A stretch of DNA of 48,116 nt from Candidatus Phycocordibacter aenigmaticus (GTDB lineage Bacteria; Patescibacteriota; Minisyncoccia; Phycocordibacterales; Phycocordibacteraceae). Positions 30,182 through 39,496 of this stretch are shown piece by piece. The notes beneath the pieces were generated by a model. That model was not told where the DNA came from and did no database searches. It was given only the letters and a program-made list of their open reading frames with translations. Every line of letters starts with the position of its first letter. Position 1 is the first letter of the stretch. The stretch is from the NCBI GenBank assembly GCA_045401115.1, contig CP174359.1:1-48116 (forward strand), written 5' to 3'. Both the position numbers and the translations under genes were made by a program.

Positions 30182-31175
30182 ATTTTTTTAACATTTGTAT
30201 ATCTGCATCAACCAAAATTCTGACAAGTTCTCTAAAACCTGTTTTAGGTTCCCACCCTAATTTTTCTTTTGCTTTTGAAGCGTCTCCTTGAAGCACATCT
30301 ACCTCAGCTGGTCGAAAAAGATGCTCTTTTATCTCCACATATTTTTTCCAATCAAGGTTAACATAAGAAAAAGCTTCTTCAAGGAACTCACGGACCGTAT
30401 GCGTCTCATTTGTAGCAAGTACATAATCGTCAGGACTGTCTTGTTGTAACATAAGCCACATCGCTTCTACATACTCAGGTGCATAACCCCAATCTCGCTT
30501 TGCATCTAAGTTTCCCAAATAAATCTTTTCTTGTTTACCAACCAAAATATTAGCGACCCCTCTAGAAATCTTACGAGTTACAAAATTTGGACCACGACGC
30601 GGAGATTCATGGTTAAACAAAATACCAGAGCATATAAACATTCCGTATGACTCTCTATAGTTCTTACACATCCAATGAGCGTATTGCTTACTCACAGCAT
30701 ATGGACTACACGGATAGAAAGGGGTTGTTTCTGTTTGCGGGGTTTCGATTACCTTACCATACAACTCCGAGGTTGAACCTTGATATATTTTTGTATGTTC
30801 TAAATTATTATTACGTACCGATTCAAGTATCCTAGTGATACCAATACCAGTGACATCTCCCGTATACTCTGGTATATCAAAACTTACCCTTACATCACTC
30901 ATTGCACCCAAGTTATATATCTCATCTGGTTTAACCATTTTAATGATTCTTTCCAGGCTACTTGAATCACCCAAATCCCCGTAATGCAATTCTAAATTAT
31001 CATGATCTTTAATATTTCTATCACTCAACAAGCCATCATCTGAACCAATATAAAAATTACTTGACCGCCGCACAAGTCCGTGCACCTCATAACCCTTTTT
31101 CAGCAAAAATTCTGCTAGATAAGATCCATCTTGGCCAGTTATGCCTGTAACAAGTGCGATTTTTTGTTTTATCAT
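30171..31175 (-). CDS. gmd: GDP-mannose 4,6-dehydratase
   Basis: [62 protein letters not shown] motifs. Confidence 0.97.
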   Translation of the reverse strand: MIKQKIALVTGITGQDGSYLAEFLLKKGYEVHGLVRRSSNFYIGSDDGLLSDRNIKDHDNLELHYGDLGDSSSLERIIKMVKPDEIYNLGAMSDVRVSFDIPEYTGDVTGIGITRILESVRNNNLEHTKIYQGSTSELYGKVIETPQTETTPFYPCSPYAVSKQYAHWMCKNYRESYGMFICSGILFNHESPRRGPNFVTRKISRGVANILVGKQEKIYLGNLDAKRDWGYAPEYVEAMWLMLQQDSPDDYVLATNETHTVREFLEEAFSYVNLDWKKYVEIKEHLFRPAEVDVLQGDASKAKEKLGWEPKTGFRELVRILVDADIQMLKKYEN

Positions 31176-31290
31176 AACGCTATTATATTGACAATAATCA
31201 GTATATTATAAGAAAGTATAACTTAATTTTAGATTATAGTCATTGTATATAGGTATCGATTATCTTTGGTTTAATTTGATAAACACCGTT

Positions 31291-32007
31291 ATGATAAAAA
31301 GGAAGACAATTCTCATACTTGGCGCAACAGGCGGGATAGGTAAGGCAATTTCTAAATCATTGAGTAGAAATAATAACCAATTACTATTACATGGTAATAA
31401 TAAAAACAAACTCGCATCAATGGAGCGCGAGCTCGACCAGATGGATGTAAATATAAATTCATACCAGGTAGATTTATCTAATCCAAAATCTGTCACTGAA
31501 TTTACTAATGAATTATGTAATAAATATCCAGAAATTGATTGGATAATAAATACTGCTGGTTACATTAATGAAGATGAGAAGAAGGGAGAACAATCGATCA
31601 GCAGTATCGAACGAACTTTTTATATTAATACTATTGCGCCAATTTATTTGACCGAAAGAATAAAGAAGAATATTACAGATGTAGGAGGTGTGATAATGAT
31701 TTCTTCTACTGCATCATTATCTGCAAATCCTGGGTTTCCTATATATTCAGCAAGTAAATCAGCGTTAAACACATTTACAAAGTCTCTATCAAAACAATTC
31801 TTAAATATGAATAAATCAGCTTTTGTCATTTGCCCTGGGGGCACAAATACTACAATGCGAGAACGCGTTGCGGGAGATTCATTATTACAACAACATCCTA
31901 ATGTTATTGCTGCAGAAATTTCCAAAATAATAGACGGATTATCTGAGTTTAAAAACGGAGATATTATTATTATTAAGAATGGTTTTGTAAATAAAGAGGG
32001 GTTGTAA
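31291..32007 (+). CDS. SDR family oxidoreductase (putative NDP-sugar ketoreductase)
   Basis: ILGATGGIG, INTAG, ISS, YSASK motifs. Start moved to ATG 31291 from the track's TTG at 31243. Confidence 0.85.
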   Translation: MIKRKTILILGATGGIGKAISKSLSRNNNQLLLHGNNKNKLASMERELDQMDVNINSYQVDLSNPKSVTEFTNELCNKYPEIDWIINTAGYINEDEKKGEQSISSIERTFYINTIAPIYLTERIKKNITDVGGVIMISSTASLSANPGFPIYSASKSALNTFTKSLSKQFLNMNKSAFVICPGGTNTTMRERVAGDSLLQQHPNVIAAEISKIIDGLSEFKNGDIIIIKNGFVNKEGL

Positions 32008-32107
32008 CACGCAAAAAATCATTTATTTCTGCTTCAGAAAAGCAAGTGATAATGGGACATCTCCTTCTTATTTAGATAAGTATAATTTGATAGGTGGAGT
32101 GAACACG

Positions 32108-33172
32108 TTATTTTGAATTCAAAATTTTTCTAACACGCTTATCCCATGTATATACTTCACGTATTACACCCTCCTTATTAAGAGCCTTATTAATTACAGT
32201 AACATATGAAGTAGTGTCTCCTGCAGGCGAAAATATGACGTCTTGGCCTTTAAACACTTCTCTTAACGCTGGGACGTCTGAAGCGACGATGGGCTTGCCG
32301 GTTGCCATATAGGCGAATGCTTTGAGCGGCGAGGTGTATTTTGAAGCATCCTCATCTTTTGCTGAGTTTGGGAGCACTAATACATCGGCGGCGGCAAGCA
32401 CGCGCGGTAGTTCTCGGTACGGAGTTTCGGGCAGAAACAATGCTTTGGGATACTTTGTTTTCCATGCTTTTTTCTGTGGACTGTCTGGGCCAATGAGTAC
32501 ACAGAGTATGTCGTCATGTAGATATTCGCTTGCAGCTGCAAAAGTATCAGCACCTTTTGCTTCATCTATCTTTCCTACGTAGAGTGCTACTTTTTTACCT
32601 TGGGGAATACCAAGCCACTCGCGCGATTCTTTTTGGCCATACTCTTTTTGAAACGGTTCAAGGTCTATGGCGTCATGCGCTACGGTTATTTTCTCCAGCG
32701 CCACTCCTTTTTCTATATATGCATCGCGAAGCCCTTCTGAGATAACCACTAAACGGTATGCGTGATTTGCGACAAACGTTGAAATGTGTGTCGGCTTGGT
32801 GTGCGCTTCGTAGACCAACTTTCTGCCGAGTAAAAGATACTGCAATAAGACGAACGCGTCTCGCGAATAGATTATGTCAGCCTGCCAAAAAGACTTCTTC
32901 CACTTCGCTGCTTCCGAGAACCAGAGCGCTGAAAATAGAAAACCTACACTTCCCCATTTCACTAGGTCAGGAACTCTAAGTTGTGTGATGGGAAAAATCT
33001 TCTCTACATCATAGTACTCAAACGGGTCTTCAGTGATAGGTGTTTTTCTGTTTGGAACCACTAACTCTACAGAAACACCTTCGTTTACAAAGGCTTCACA
33101 AGTTTTCATAATCTGTACGCCGTGCGCCTTTTCAGTTGGGAGTCGTATAAGTGCTGCGTAAAATATTTTCAT
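32108..33172 (-). CDS. Glycosyltransferase family 4
   Basis: RLPTEKAHGVQI, LYVGKI, ADVLVLPNS, SPLK.F.YMA.GKPIVASD motifs. Confidence 0.93.
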   Translation of the reverse strand: MKIFYAALIRLPTEKAHGVQIMKTCEAFVNEGVSVELVVPNRKTPITEDPFEYYDVEKIFPITQLRVPDLVKWGSVGFLFSALWFSEAAKWKKSFWQADIIYSRDAFVLLQYLLLGRKLVYEAHTKPTHISTFVANHAYRLVVISEGLRDAYIEKGVALEKITVAHDAIDLEPFQKEYGQKESREWLGIPQGKKVALYVGKIDEAKGADTFAAASEYLHDDILCVLIGPDSPQKKAWKTKYPKALFLPETPYRELPRVLAAADVLVLPNSAKDEDASKYTSPLKAFAYMATGKPIVASDVPALREVFKGQDVIFSPAGDTTSYVTVINKALNKEGVIREVYTWDKRVRKILNSK

Positions 33173-33173
33173 A

Positions 33174-33779
33174 CTACTTTATACAAAAAACATTATAGCC
33201 ACTCGTTTGGTTACTATTTTCTTTACCAAAGATTTTATCTAGCCATTCAAAGAAGTGGGTGCGTTTTGAAAATATTGGGAGTAGATTCGCAGCTGTCGCC
33301 AAAGGTCCGCGCACATTTTGTATTTCTACTGAATTAAAATCTTTTGTCATGTATTCAAACCCATCTCGAGTAAAGCGGTAGAAATCACCATAGTACCCAT
33401 GCATTGGATGGTAGTAGAAAAGAAACGGTGCATAGAGATAGCAATACCCGCCAGGCTTGAGAACACGATATATTTCCCGCATAGCTTTCTGGGGCTCTTC
33501 AACATGTTCAAGAACAGCAATGCAAATAACTGCATCAACACTGTTATCTTCAAATGGTAAGTCGTGGATATCTCCAACAATATCAGGATTGTAGTCAGGA
33601 ACCTTATCTAAGATTTTATAATCAACCTTGTCAGTAAACTCTTTCAGCCAACTGTTCTCAGCAAGTCGATTTTGTTTGTGAGGGTCTACGCGCAACCCGC
33701 CGCCAATATCAATAACAACTTCTTTTTCTAAGAAAATCTTTTTAATCTTATCTTTAAAAAACTTGTCCCAGGGTTTCAT
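33174..33779 (-). CDS. Class I SAM-dependent methyltransferase (type 11-like)
   Basis: VIDIGGG, GDIHDLPFEDNSVDAVIC.AVLEH, RVLKPGG motifs. Confidence 0.92.
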   Translation of the reverse strand: MKPWDKFFKDKIKKIFLEKEVVIDIGGGLRVDPHKQNRLAENSWLKEFTDKVDYKILDKVPDYNPDIVGDIHDLPFEDNSVDAVICIAVLEHVEEPQKAMREIYRVLKPGGYCYLYAPFLFYYHPMHGYYGDFYRFTRDGFEYMTKDFNSVEIQNVRGPLATAANLLPIFSKRTHFFEWLDKIFGKENSNQTSGYNVFCIK

Positions 33780-35215
33780 AATGAGATATTTTTTGTTGTT
33801 GCTTTCTTTAATAAAGTACCGAACTTACTAGCTGGAAGGACTGTTAGCTTTACAGATTCTTTTTCTATTTCCATAGAGACAATTTTCCCGAATCCTGTTT
33901 GGTACCACGGTAGAACCATAGTAACGGAATCGGTGAAAAAACGCCAAAGACGTACTATTGCTTCTCCAGCATGCCCACCGCGCAGTGCATACCAACTATG
34001 GTTTAACACCTCCTTTACACTGAAGAAATACGCATATGGAAGCCTTGGTATTTGAAAACGTAAACGATGCGCCGCGTCTAGACCGTTTTGGTAAATACCT
34101 GTTGTTGGATTTCTTTTTTGCCAGCGCGTGTTTATTAATATACGCCGCGCTTGGTTCGTATCGGAAAAGACTTCTTTTCCGTGGAATGTATACAAAAATG
34201 GCTGTAGTTCGTTTGCATGATTGAACATATCTTCGATACCATCGATGCGTGTGAGCCACGCAAGATGCGCTGTCCAAAAAATTGGACATTGAAAATTGAA
34301 ATTTAAACCTTTATGAGAATGTAGGAACCCATCAAAAAAATGTTGCCGTACTTGATACAGTACGTTATTCAGCGCTTTTTGCGCAATTGGATTTTTTGAA
34401 TGTGAAAGAGCGTATGCATCAAATGCGTGTGAAGCAACCTCATAAGAAGAGAGCCAGTACCAACGTTTACACTCCATACGGAGGTCTTTTATACCGTTGG
34501 AGTCGTACATTGAAAGAAGTGCGCCTATAGACGCCTCAAGTGCTTCTTCATACACACCCTCCTTTATATTAAGGGCATTGAGGGTGTACTGAGCAAACGC
34601 TGTGTGCCTTGATTGATAAAACGTAGTGATGTCGTCATATGGTAAAGAGTTTTTTGCTGGGTCAGGATAGTATCGAAAAAAACCATCTGGGGTTGCATCT
34701 TTAAAGGCACGTTCAATACTTTCATGAGCAATTGTCCGATACGCACTCTCCTCTCCCAAATAGCGCGCATATGATGCAAGTCCCGTAAGACCCCATAAAC
34801 GTTGGTTGGTTATTTTTTTACTGCGCGCGGTTTTCACAAGGTACCCTTCAGCCACTTCTCGAAGTGTTGTTTGTATTTTTTCATGCTCTTTTTTAGAAAA
34901 ACTGTCTCTGTTATTTGTGGCAAAACGCGCAACGGCGTCTACAGCGGTCCCTGTGTCAATGACATTTTGAGACATATTCATAGGGTTTAGATGACCTGGA
35001 TAGAATACTTTTGCGCCTTCAGGAGATTCAACAACAAGATCAAGTAAATACCACACAAACTTTTTTCCTTTTTCAATTTCTCCAAGATAATCATAAAAAT
35101 CTAACAAGTACGCATTGCTTCCTGTATGCTCCACACGGTGCTTCGGGCACGTACGATTTTTTTCGAGATATACCGCGGCTTCGCGGATCATATGTTTAAA
35201 AGTTATGAGCGGCAT
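33776..35215 (-). CDS. Hypothetical 479-aa protein in the glycan cluster (possibly alpha/alpha-toroid); alternative start at 35191
   Basis: Long ORF overlapping neighbouring genes at both ends; predicted helical and aromatic-rich; no family recognised. Confidence 0.75.
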   Translation of the reverse strand: MPLITFKHMIREAAVYLEKNRTCPKHRVEHTGSNAYLLDFYDYLGEIEKGKKFVWYLLDLVVESPEGAKVFYPGHLNPMNMSQNVIDTGTAVDAVARFATNNRDSFSKKEHEKIQTTLREVAEGYLVKTARSKKITNQRLWGLTGLASYARYLGEESAYRTIAHESIERAFKDATPDGFFRYYPDPAKNSLPYDDITTFYQSRHTAFAQYTLNALNIKEGVYEEALEASIGALLSMYDSNGIKDLRMECKRWYWLSSYEVASHAFDAYALSHSKNPIAQKALNNVLYQVRQHFFDGFLHSHKGLNFNFQCPIFWTAHLAWLTRIDGIEDMFNHANELQPFLYTFHGKEVFSDTNQARRILINTRWQKRNPTTGIYQNGLDAAHRLRFQIPRLPYAYFFSVKEVLNHSWYALRGGHAGEAIVRLWRFFTDSVTMVLPWYQTGFGKIVSMEIEKESVKLTVLPASKFGTLLKKATTKNISL

Positions 35216-36173
35216 ACACCTCTAGAATATTTGGGATTAGATGTTGGAGTGAATGATTTTTCTTTACGTACGTGTATAGGTCTTCAGTGTTTGTGTATGT
35301 AGGTGCACATACTGCACGTGACAGACTTTCGGTAGTCGGATCTGCAATAGTAACGGGCATGTCTGTGTAGGTTGGGTTAGTAGTTACAACTGGGCAACCA
35401 CAAGCAAGTGCCTCCAACACCACCTTATCAAGTGAGCCAGTCTCTGATGTGTGTACAAACATGGCAGCGCGGCGGTATTCATCCGGAAGGTCTTTATGAG
35501 AAAGGCCTGCTGGCATTTCGACTTTTGCGCCGAGCTTTTGCGCGAGTGCCGCGAGGCGCTCGCGCTCTTCCCCTTCCCCTATGATGCGCACCGGCTTCCT
35601 TGATGCAGCAGCCGCTTCTATCACTAGGTCATGCCGCTTGGTTTTCATTAAGCGGCCAACTGAGAGGAGATGCTCGGCGCGCTCCACTGTCGCGCCCGGA
35701 GTAAATACATCAACATCAATGCCGTGCCCCATGATCTGTACCTTTTTGGATTGAAGGCGGAAGCTCCCTGGTGTTGCGGTAAATATATGTTGCGCAAAAA
35801 CCTCAGCAAAGCGTAGCTTTAAATCAACACTTTTATGCATATACCACAGTCCGAGTGTTTTACCAGTGAGACGCCAAATCCAACCAGCAAGGACGATGTA
35901 CTCAGGATTCATATGTACAAAAACTCCATCGTATTCTCGATGTAGTTTGGAAAGTAGAAGGTAGAAGGTGGTAAGTTGTTGGAATTTGTTAGTTCCGCGC
36001 TCTTTACCGAGTGAGTGCACGGTGACATTTTTCGGCAGATCGTAATCCCCTGTTTGGAGCGCAATGACGTGAATATGTTCAGCGTTCTTTGCGAACTCAA
36101 CCAGCCACCTATGAAAAAAACCGAGTATCGGGTGGTTTCTATCGACAACTTGGGTGATGATTAATAATTTCAT
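35196..36173 (-). CDS. Glycosyltransferase family 4
   Basis: LSVGRL..TKRH, TGSLDKVVLEALACG motifs. Confidence 0.92.
   Translation of the reverse strand: MKLLIITQVVDRNHPILGFFHRWLVEFAKNAEHIHVIALQTGDYDLPKNVTVHSLGKERGTNKFQQLTTFYLLLSKLHREYDGVFVHMNPEYIVLAGWIWRLTGKTLGLWYMHKSVDLKLRFAEVFAQHIFTATPGSFRLQSKKVQIMGHGIDVDVFTPGATVERAEHLLSVGRLMKTKRHDLVIEAAAASRKPVRIIGEGEERERLAALAQKLGAKVEMPAGLSHKDLPDEYRRAAMFVHTSETGSLDKVVLEALACGCPVVTTNPTYTDMPVTIADPTTESLSRAVCAPTYTNTEDLYTYVKKNHSLQHLIPNILEVYAAHNF
35948..35975. repeat. Four heptamer units inside a glycosyltransferase CDS
   Basis: TGGAAAG TAGAAGG TAGAAGG TGGTAAG; encodes (Q)LTTFYLLLS(K) on the minus strand. Confidence 0.75.
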
Positions 36174-36177
36174 ATTT

Positions 36178-36233
36178 TAGTAAGTGGTAGGTGGAAAGTG
36201 GAAGGTGGTTAAGGGAATGCAAGAAATGGGAAA
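36178..36233. repeat. Heptamer array (~8 units) ending 4 nt before the ATG at 36173
   Basis: TAGTAAG TGGTAGG TGGAAAG TGGAAGG TGGTTAA GGGAATG CAAGAAA TGGGAAA. Confidence 0.88.
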
Positions 36234-36250
36234 CAACATATACAGATTAA

Positions 36251-36715
36251 CTACTTTTTAGGCTTGGTGAAAATGACGTATTTGTAGAGGAAGAAATTAA
36301 ATACCGCGAGTATGCCGAGGGAGAATACCTGCGCAAGGAGGTACCACACGTCAAACACCACCGTCAGTAGGTACATTATGGCACTGTTGGCGATGAGGTT
36401 AAAAATCCCTCCGATGAAGAACTTGATAACCTGCCAGTGGGCGCCGGCGACTGTTTTGTCCTCGAAGGTCCACAGCTTCTGCAAGAAAAAGTTAGAAATT
36501 GTCGCAAAGGCGAAGGCGATATTCACCGAGTACCAGTATGGCACCAGAAAAACTTCCTGGAGAAGAAAGAGCGAGGCGAGATCAACGAAGGCGGCGGTGC
36601 CGCCGCCGATCAAGAAACGTATATAGACCAGCGGCACGCGGTTTAGAGGCGGCGGGAGGATGCCGAGGAGCCAGGTGGTGAACCTGCTGTGCTGTGTGGG
36701 ATGGTTATGATCCAT
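36251..36715 (-). CDS. GtrA family membrane protein
   Basis: RFLIGG..AAFVDL, NFFLQKLWTF, KFF, four TM segments. Confidence 0.92.
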   Translation of the reverse strand: MDHNHPTQHSRFTTWLLGILPPPLNRVPLVYIRFLIGGGTAAFVDLASLFLLQEVFLVPYWYSVNIAFAFATISNFFLQKLWTFEDKTVAGAHWQVIKFFIGGIFNLIANSAIMYLLTVVFDVWYLLAQVFSLGILAVFNFFLYKYVIFTKPKK

Positions 36716-37316
36716 TGTTTTTTATTAATTGTTCTAACTCGTCGAAGGAGGTGACAGTCGGCACAGAGCCGATGCCGGGGTTGCCGTCGCGACGCATTTC
36801 ATACACAGCGACGTCAGGACACTCCTCTTTAACTGCAAGGAGTTGTGAGTCGTGGTCGTCGATGAAAAAATAAGGACCGTCATATTTTTTTATTAACGCA
36901 GCAACTTCACTTCCTTTTGTGGCGCCGCCGGCAAGCGGTATGTTAGATACTGCCTGCACAATAGCGAATACTCCTGACGCTTCTAGTTTTGCTTTTTGAT
37001 ATGACGGGCACGCGCGGTTGGCGGTCACAATAACTGAATGTTCCCCGTGTATATCGAGAAATTTTTGTGCGTCGGGATACACATACTGCGCGTATTCACC
37101 TGGATCAAGTGTTATAAGCCCTTCGGTAAACAACCGCTCTAACTCACGAGATACTTCAGCACGCCGCGGATTGTTTAAGTTAAATTTTTCAGCTCCCAAC
37201 ATCACTTCGTCAAACAACTCTTTCACGTCAGGCACTACAGTGAGTTTGTTTGAAAGATACTGATATGAGCGATAGGTATCAAAGAGGGTTCGGTCGAAGT
37301 CGATAAAGAAGGTCAT
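36705..37316 (-). CDS. HAD-superfamily hydrolase
   Basis: FFIDFDRTLFDT motif I; TKG; FFIDDH motif IV. Confidence 0.85.
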   Translation of the reverse strand: MTFFIDFDRTLFDTYRSYQYLSNKLTVVPDVKELFDEVMLGAEKFNLNNPRRAEVSRELERLFTEGLITLDPGEYAQYVYPDAQKFLDIHGEHSVIVTANRACPSYQKAKLEASGVFAIVQAVSNIPLAGGATKGSEVAALIKKYDGPYFFIDDHDSQLLAVKEECPDVAVYEMRRDGNPGIGSVPTVTSFDELEQLIKNNGS

Positions 37317-37320
37317 AAAT

Positions 37321-37362
37321 TAGTAGGTGGTAGATAGAAGGTGGAAAGTGGTTAGTGGAAGA
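37321..37362. repeat. Heptamer array (6 units) between the two HAD genes
   Basis: TAGTAGG TGGTAGA TAGAAGG TGGAAAG TGGTTAG TGGAAGA; ends 4 nt before ATG 37316. Confidence 0.9.
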
Positions 37363-37371
37363 ATAAAGAAT

Positions 37372-37875
37372 TTATGTTTTTAGAGCTACTTTCTCAAGCT
37401 CAAATAGGTTTTGTACTGCGATAAATTCCGGCGCTTCTTCTCCAGCGTTTTTAGCGGTCGGGCGACGCATACGTACCACCTGCACACCCGGTACATTATC
37501 ACGAACATCGGCAAGCTCGTTGAGAGAGTCGTCGGCAAAAACAGCAGGAGTGTTTTCTGAATGCTGTGCGAGATAGCGCCTGATAGCTTCTGACTTTCCC
37601 CCTTCTGTTACATAAAGCGCTTCAGTAATGCGAGAAATAAGACGAGTGTTTTCTAATTTTGCTTTTTGGACCTCTTCTACACCACGCGTCACTACTACCA
37701 ACTCATGTCCTGCTTTTTTCCATGCGGCAAGAAAACCAGAAACATCGTCGTATAAAAACGGTGAGAGATCAGAGAGGGTTACGTTCTGGGTTCCTAAAAT
37801 AAAATCAGCTTCAAGTGCGTTGTAGAACGCTTCTGTGTTGAAAAGTGTTCGGTCGAAATCAAGGAAGAAAAGCAT
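37372..37875 (-). CDS. HAD-superfamily hydrolase (tandem paralog)
   Basis: FFLDFDRTLFNT, VVVTRG, GGKS, VFADDS motifs. Confidence 0.85.
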   Translation of the reverse strand: MLFFLDFDRTLFNTEAFYNALEADFILGTQNVTLSDLSPFLYDDVSGFLAAWKKAGHELVVVTRGVEEVQKAKLENTRLISRITEALYVTEGGKSEAIRRYLAQHSENTPAVFADDSLNELADVRDNVPGVQVVRMRRPTAKNAGEEAPEFIAVQNLFELEKVALKT

Positions 37876-37880
37876 AGAGA

Positions 37881-37894
37881 TGGAAGGTGGTTAG
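37881..37894. repeat. Two heptamer units 5 nt before ATG 37875
   Basis: TGGAAGG TGGTTAG. Confidence 0.55.
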
Positions 37895-37958
37895 TTGACT
37901 GTTTAAGTAATTTTGATATTATAGTTATATTACGACGAAAAGGGGCCCAAACGGTTAA

Positions 37959-38486
37959 CTACCTAAGGCCCCCTTTTCTTTTGCCAATTTTCTCCCTAAT
38001 ATCACCCTTACTTAGATCATCAAAGTATCTACGGGTGATTTTTTTATACAAAGATGATGCATTACTGTTCGGGAAAAGCACTTTTTCCAACCTCTCCTCT
38101 TCAAGAAGAAATTTCACCATTCGAAAATAGTCGCCGTCTCCAGAAACAAGTACTACTTTATTGAAATCATCTTTTTTATAAAGACGATGCATACATGCAA
38201 AAACAATTTCAGTATCAACATTCCCCTTTTTAATACTTTTCATTGCCGGATTATGTTTACGGAACTTAACAATAAAACCAGCTTTTTGTATCGCATCATA
38301 TAGTTCGTCATTTGCAGCATCAACAAAGCCAAGCCAATAGTATGCCTCTTCAACTGCGTATTTTTTCTGCAGATAAATACGAAAACGCGCTAGATCAATC
38401 TGCCAAGGATTGGTTGGATGTTCTGTGGTTCCCAGATGGAGATTCTGTCCGTCAATAAAGGCAATATTTCTTCGATCTTTCTGCAT
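37959..38486 (-). CDS. NYN domain (LabA/DUF88, PIN-like) protein
   Basis: AFIDGQNL, KGNVD, LVSGDGDY motifs. Start moved to ATG 38486, 6 nt after TGCTACTAT. Confidence 0.92.
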   Translation of the reverse strand: MQKDRRNIAFIDGQNLHLGTTEHPTNPWQIDLARFRIYLQKKYAVEEAYYWLGFVDAANDELYDAIQKAGFIVKFRKHNPAMKSIKKGNVDTEIVFACMHRLYKKDDFNKVVLVSGDGDYFRMVKFLLEEERLEKVLFPNSNASSLYKKITRRYFDDLSKGDIREKIGKRKGGLR

Positions 38487-38490
38487 ATTT

Positions 38491-39486
38491 TTATAGTAGC
38501 AAAGAAATAACCGCTTTTGCGAGTGTGTGCGAATCATGGCGCACGAGGCTGCGGCGTACTGCGTCGGTGGCGTGCTGTTTGGGCGCTGGGGCAAGCATAG
38601 GAATGCGAAGCGCGTGTTCGGTATAGTCGTCATGCACGAGGCATTCGCGAGCTTTTTTATACGCGGCAATGACATCTTTGGCTGGTTCGGCGTTGTTGAT
38701 GACCACAGTGTCGGGTTTTCTGCCGGTGTAGCGGGTGAGCGTATCGACGTGGTCAGTCACTGACATGTCATCAGTCTGGCCGCACTTGGTCATGAGGTTT
38801 GCCACGTATGCGACCTGCGCATCAGTTTTCTGTAGTGCTTCGGAGACTCCTTCAAAAAGAAAATTAGGGATGATGCTGGTGTAGAGATCGCCCGGCCCAA
38901 GGAGTACGAGGTCAGCCTCATTGATGGCACTAAGCGCCGAGGTGTACGCCGGAGTGGATGAATCAAGAAAAATATCGGTAATGACGCCGCGTGTTTGTTC
39001 CCCAGGATGTTTGTCTATTGCCGCCTCCCCGTGCGTTGTACTGCCGTCTGCATACTGCGCGACGAGACGCGCGTGTGTTTCAGAGACCGGTACAACACGG
39101 CCGCGGATGTTGAGAATCTTTGTTGCCTCTTCAATGGCACGCGCTTCGCTGCCGAACATGTCGGTAAGTGCAACGAGAAAAAGATTGCCGAGGTTGTGCC
39201 CTTTAAGCCCTTCCTCGCCGCGGTCAAAGCGGTACAACATGAGTTCGCGCACGATGTTCGGTTCCGTGTCGCCGGCGGCGAGTGCGGCGAGTGCCATGCG
39301 TACATCCCCCACTGGCAGTTTGCCGAATTGGTCCATGAGCCTGCCTGTTGAACCACCGTCGTCTGCCACGGATACTATGGCAGTTATGTCGATGGTGTCG
39401 GCGTATTTCTTAAGTCCTGAGAGGGATACGAAAGTGCCGGTGCCGCCGCCGATGGTTACTATGCGTTTTTTGCTGTTATCTGCCAT
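38491..39486 (-). CDS. yvcK: YvcK/CofD-like family protein (UDP-GlcNAc-binding, gluconeogenesis factor)
   Basis: IVTIGGGTG, VADDGGSTG, GHNLGNL, GPGDLYTSIIPN, NLMTK.GQT, HDS..LA motifs. Start at ATG 39486. Confidence 0.92.
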   Translation of the reverse strand: MADNSKKRIVTIGGGTGTFVSLSGLKKYADTIDITAIVSVADDGGSTGRLMDQFGKLPVGDVRMALAALAAGDTEPNIVRELMLYRFDRGEEGLKGHNLGNLFLVALTDMFGSEARAIEEATKILNIRGRVVPVSETHARLVAQYADGSTTHGEAAIDKHPGEQTRGVITDIFLDSSTPAYTSALSAINEADLVLLGPGDLYTSIIPNFLFEGVSEALQKTDAQVAYVANLMTKCGQTDDMSVTDHVDTLTRYTGRKPDTVVINNAEPAKDVIAAYKKARECLVHDDYTEHALRIPMLAPAPKQHATDAVRRSLVRHDSHTLAKAVISLLL

Positions 39487-39496
39487 AGAGTATGTA

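Noticed and set aside
30770-30781. AGGTTGAACCT palindrome inside gmd as a palindrome-family copy
   Set aside because: It encodes the conserved Q(G/A)STSE motif, has short arms and is explained by coding constraints.
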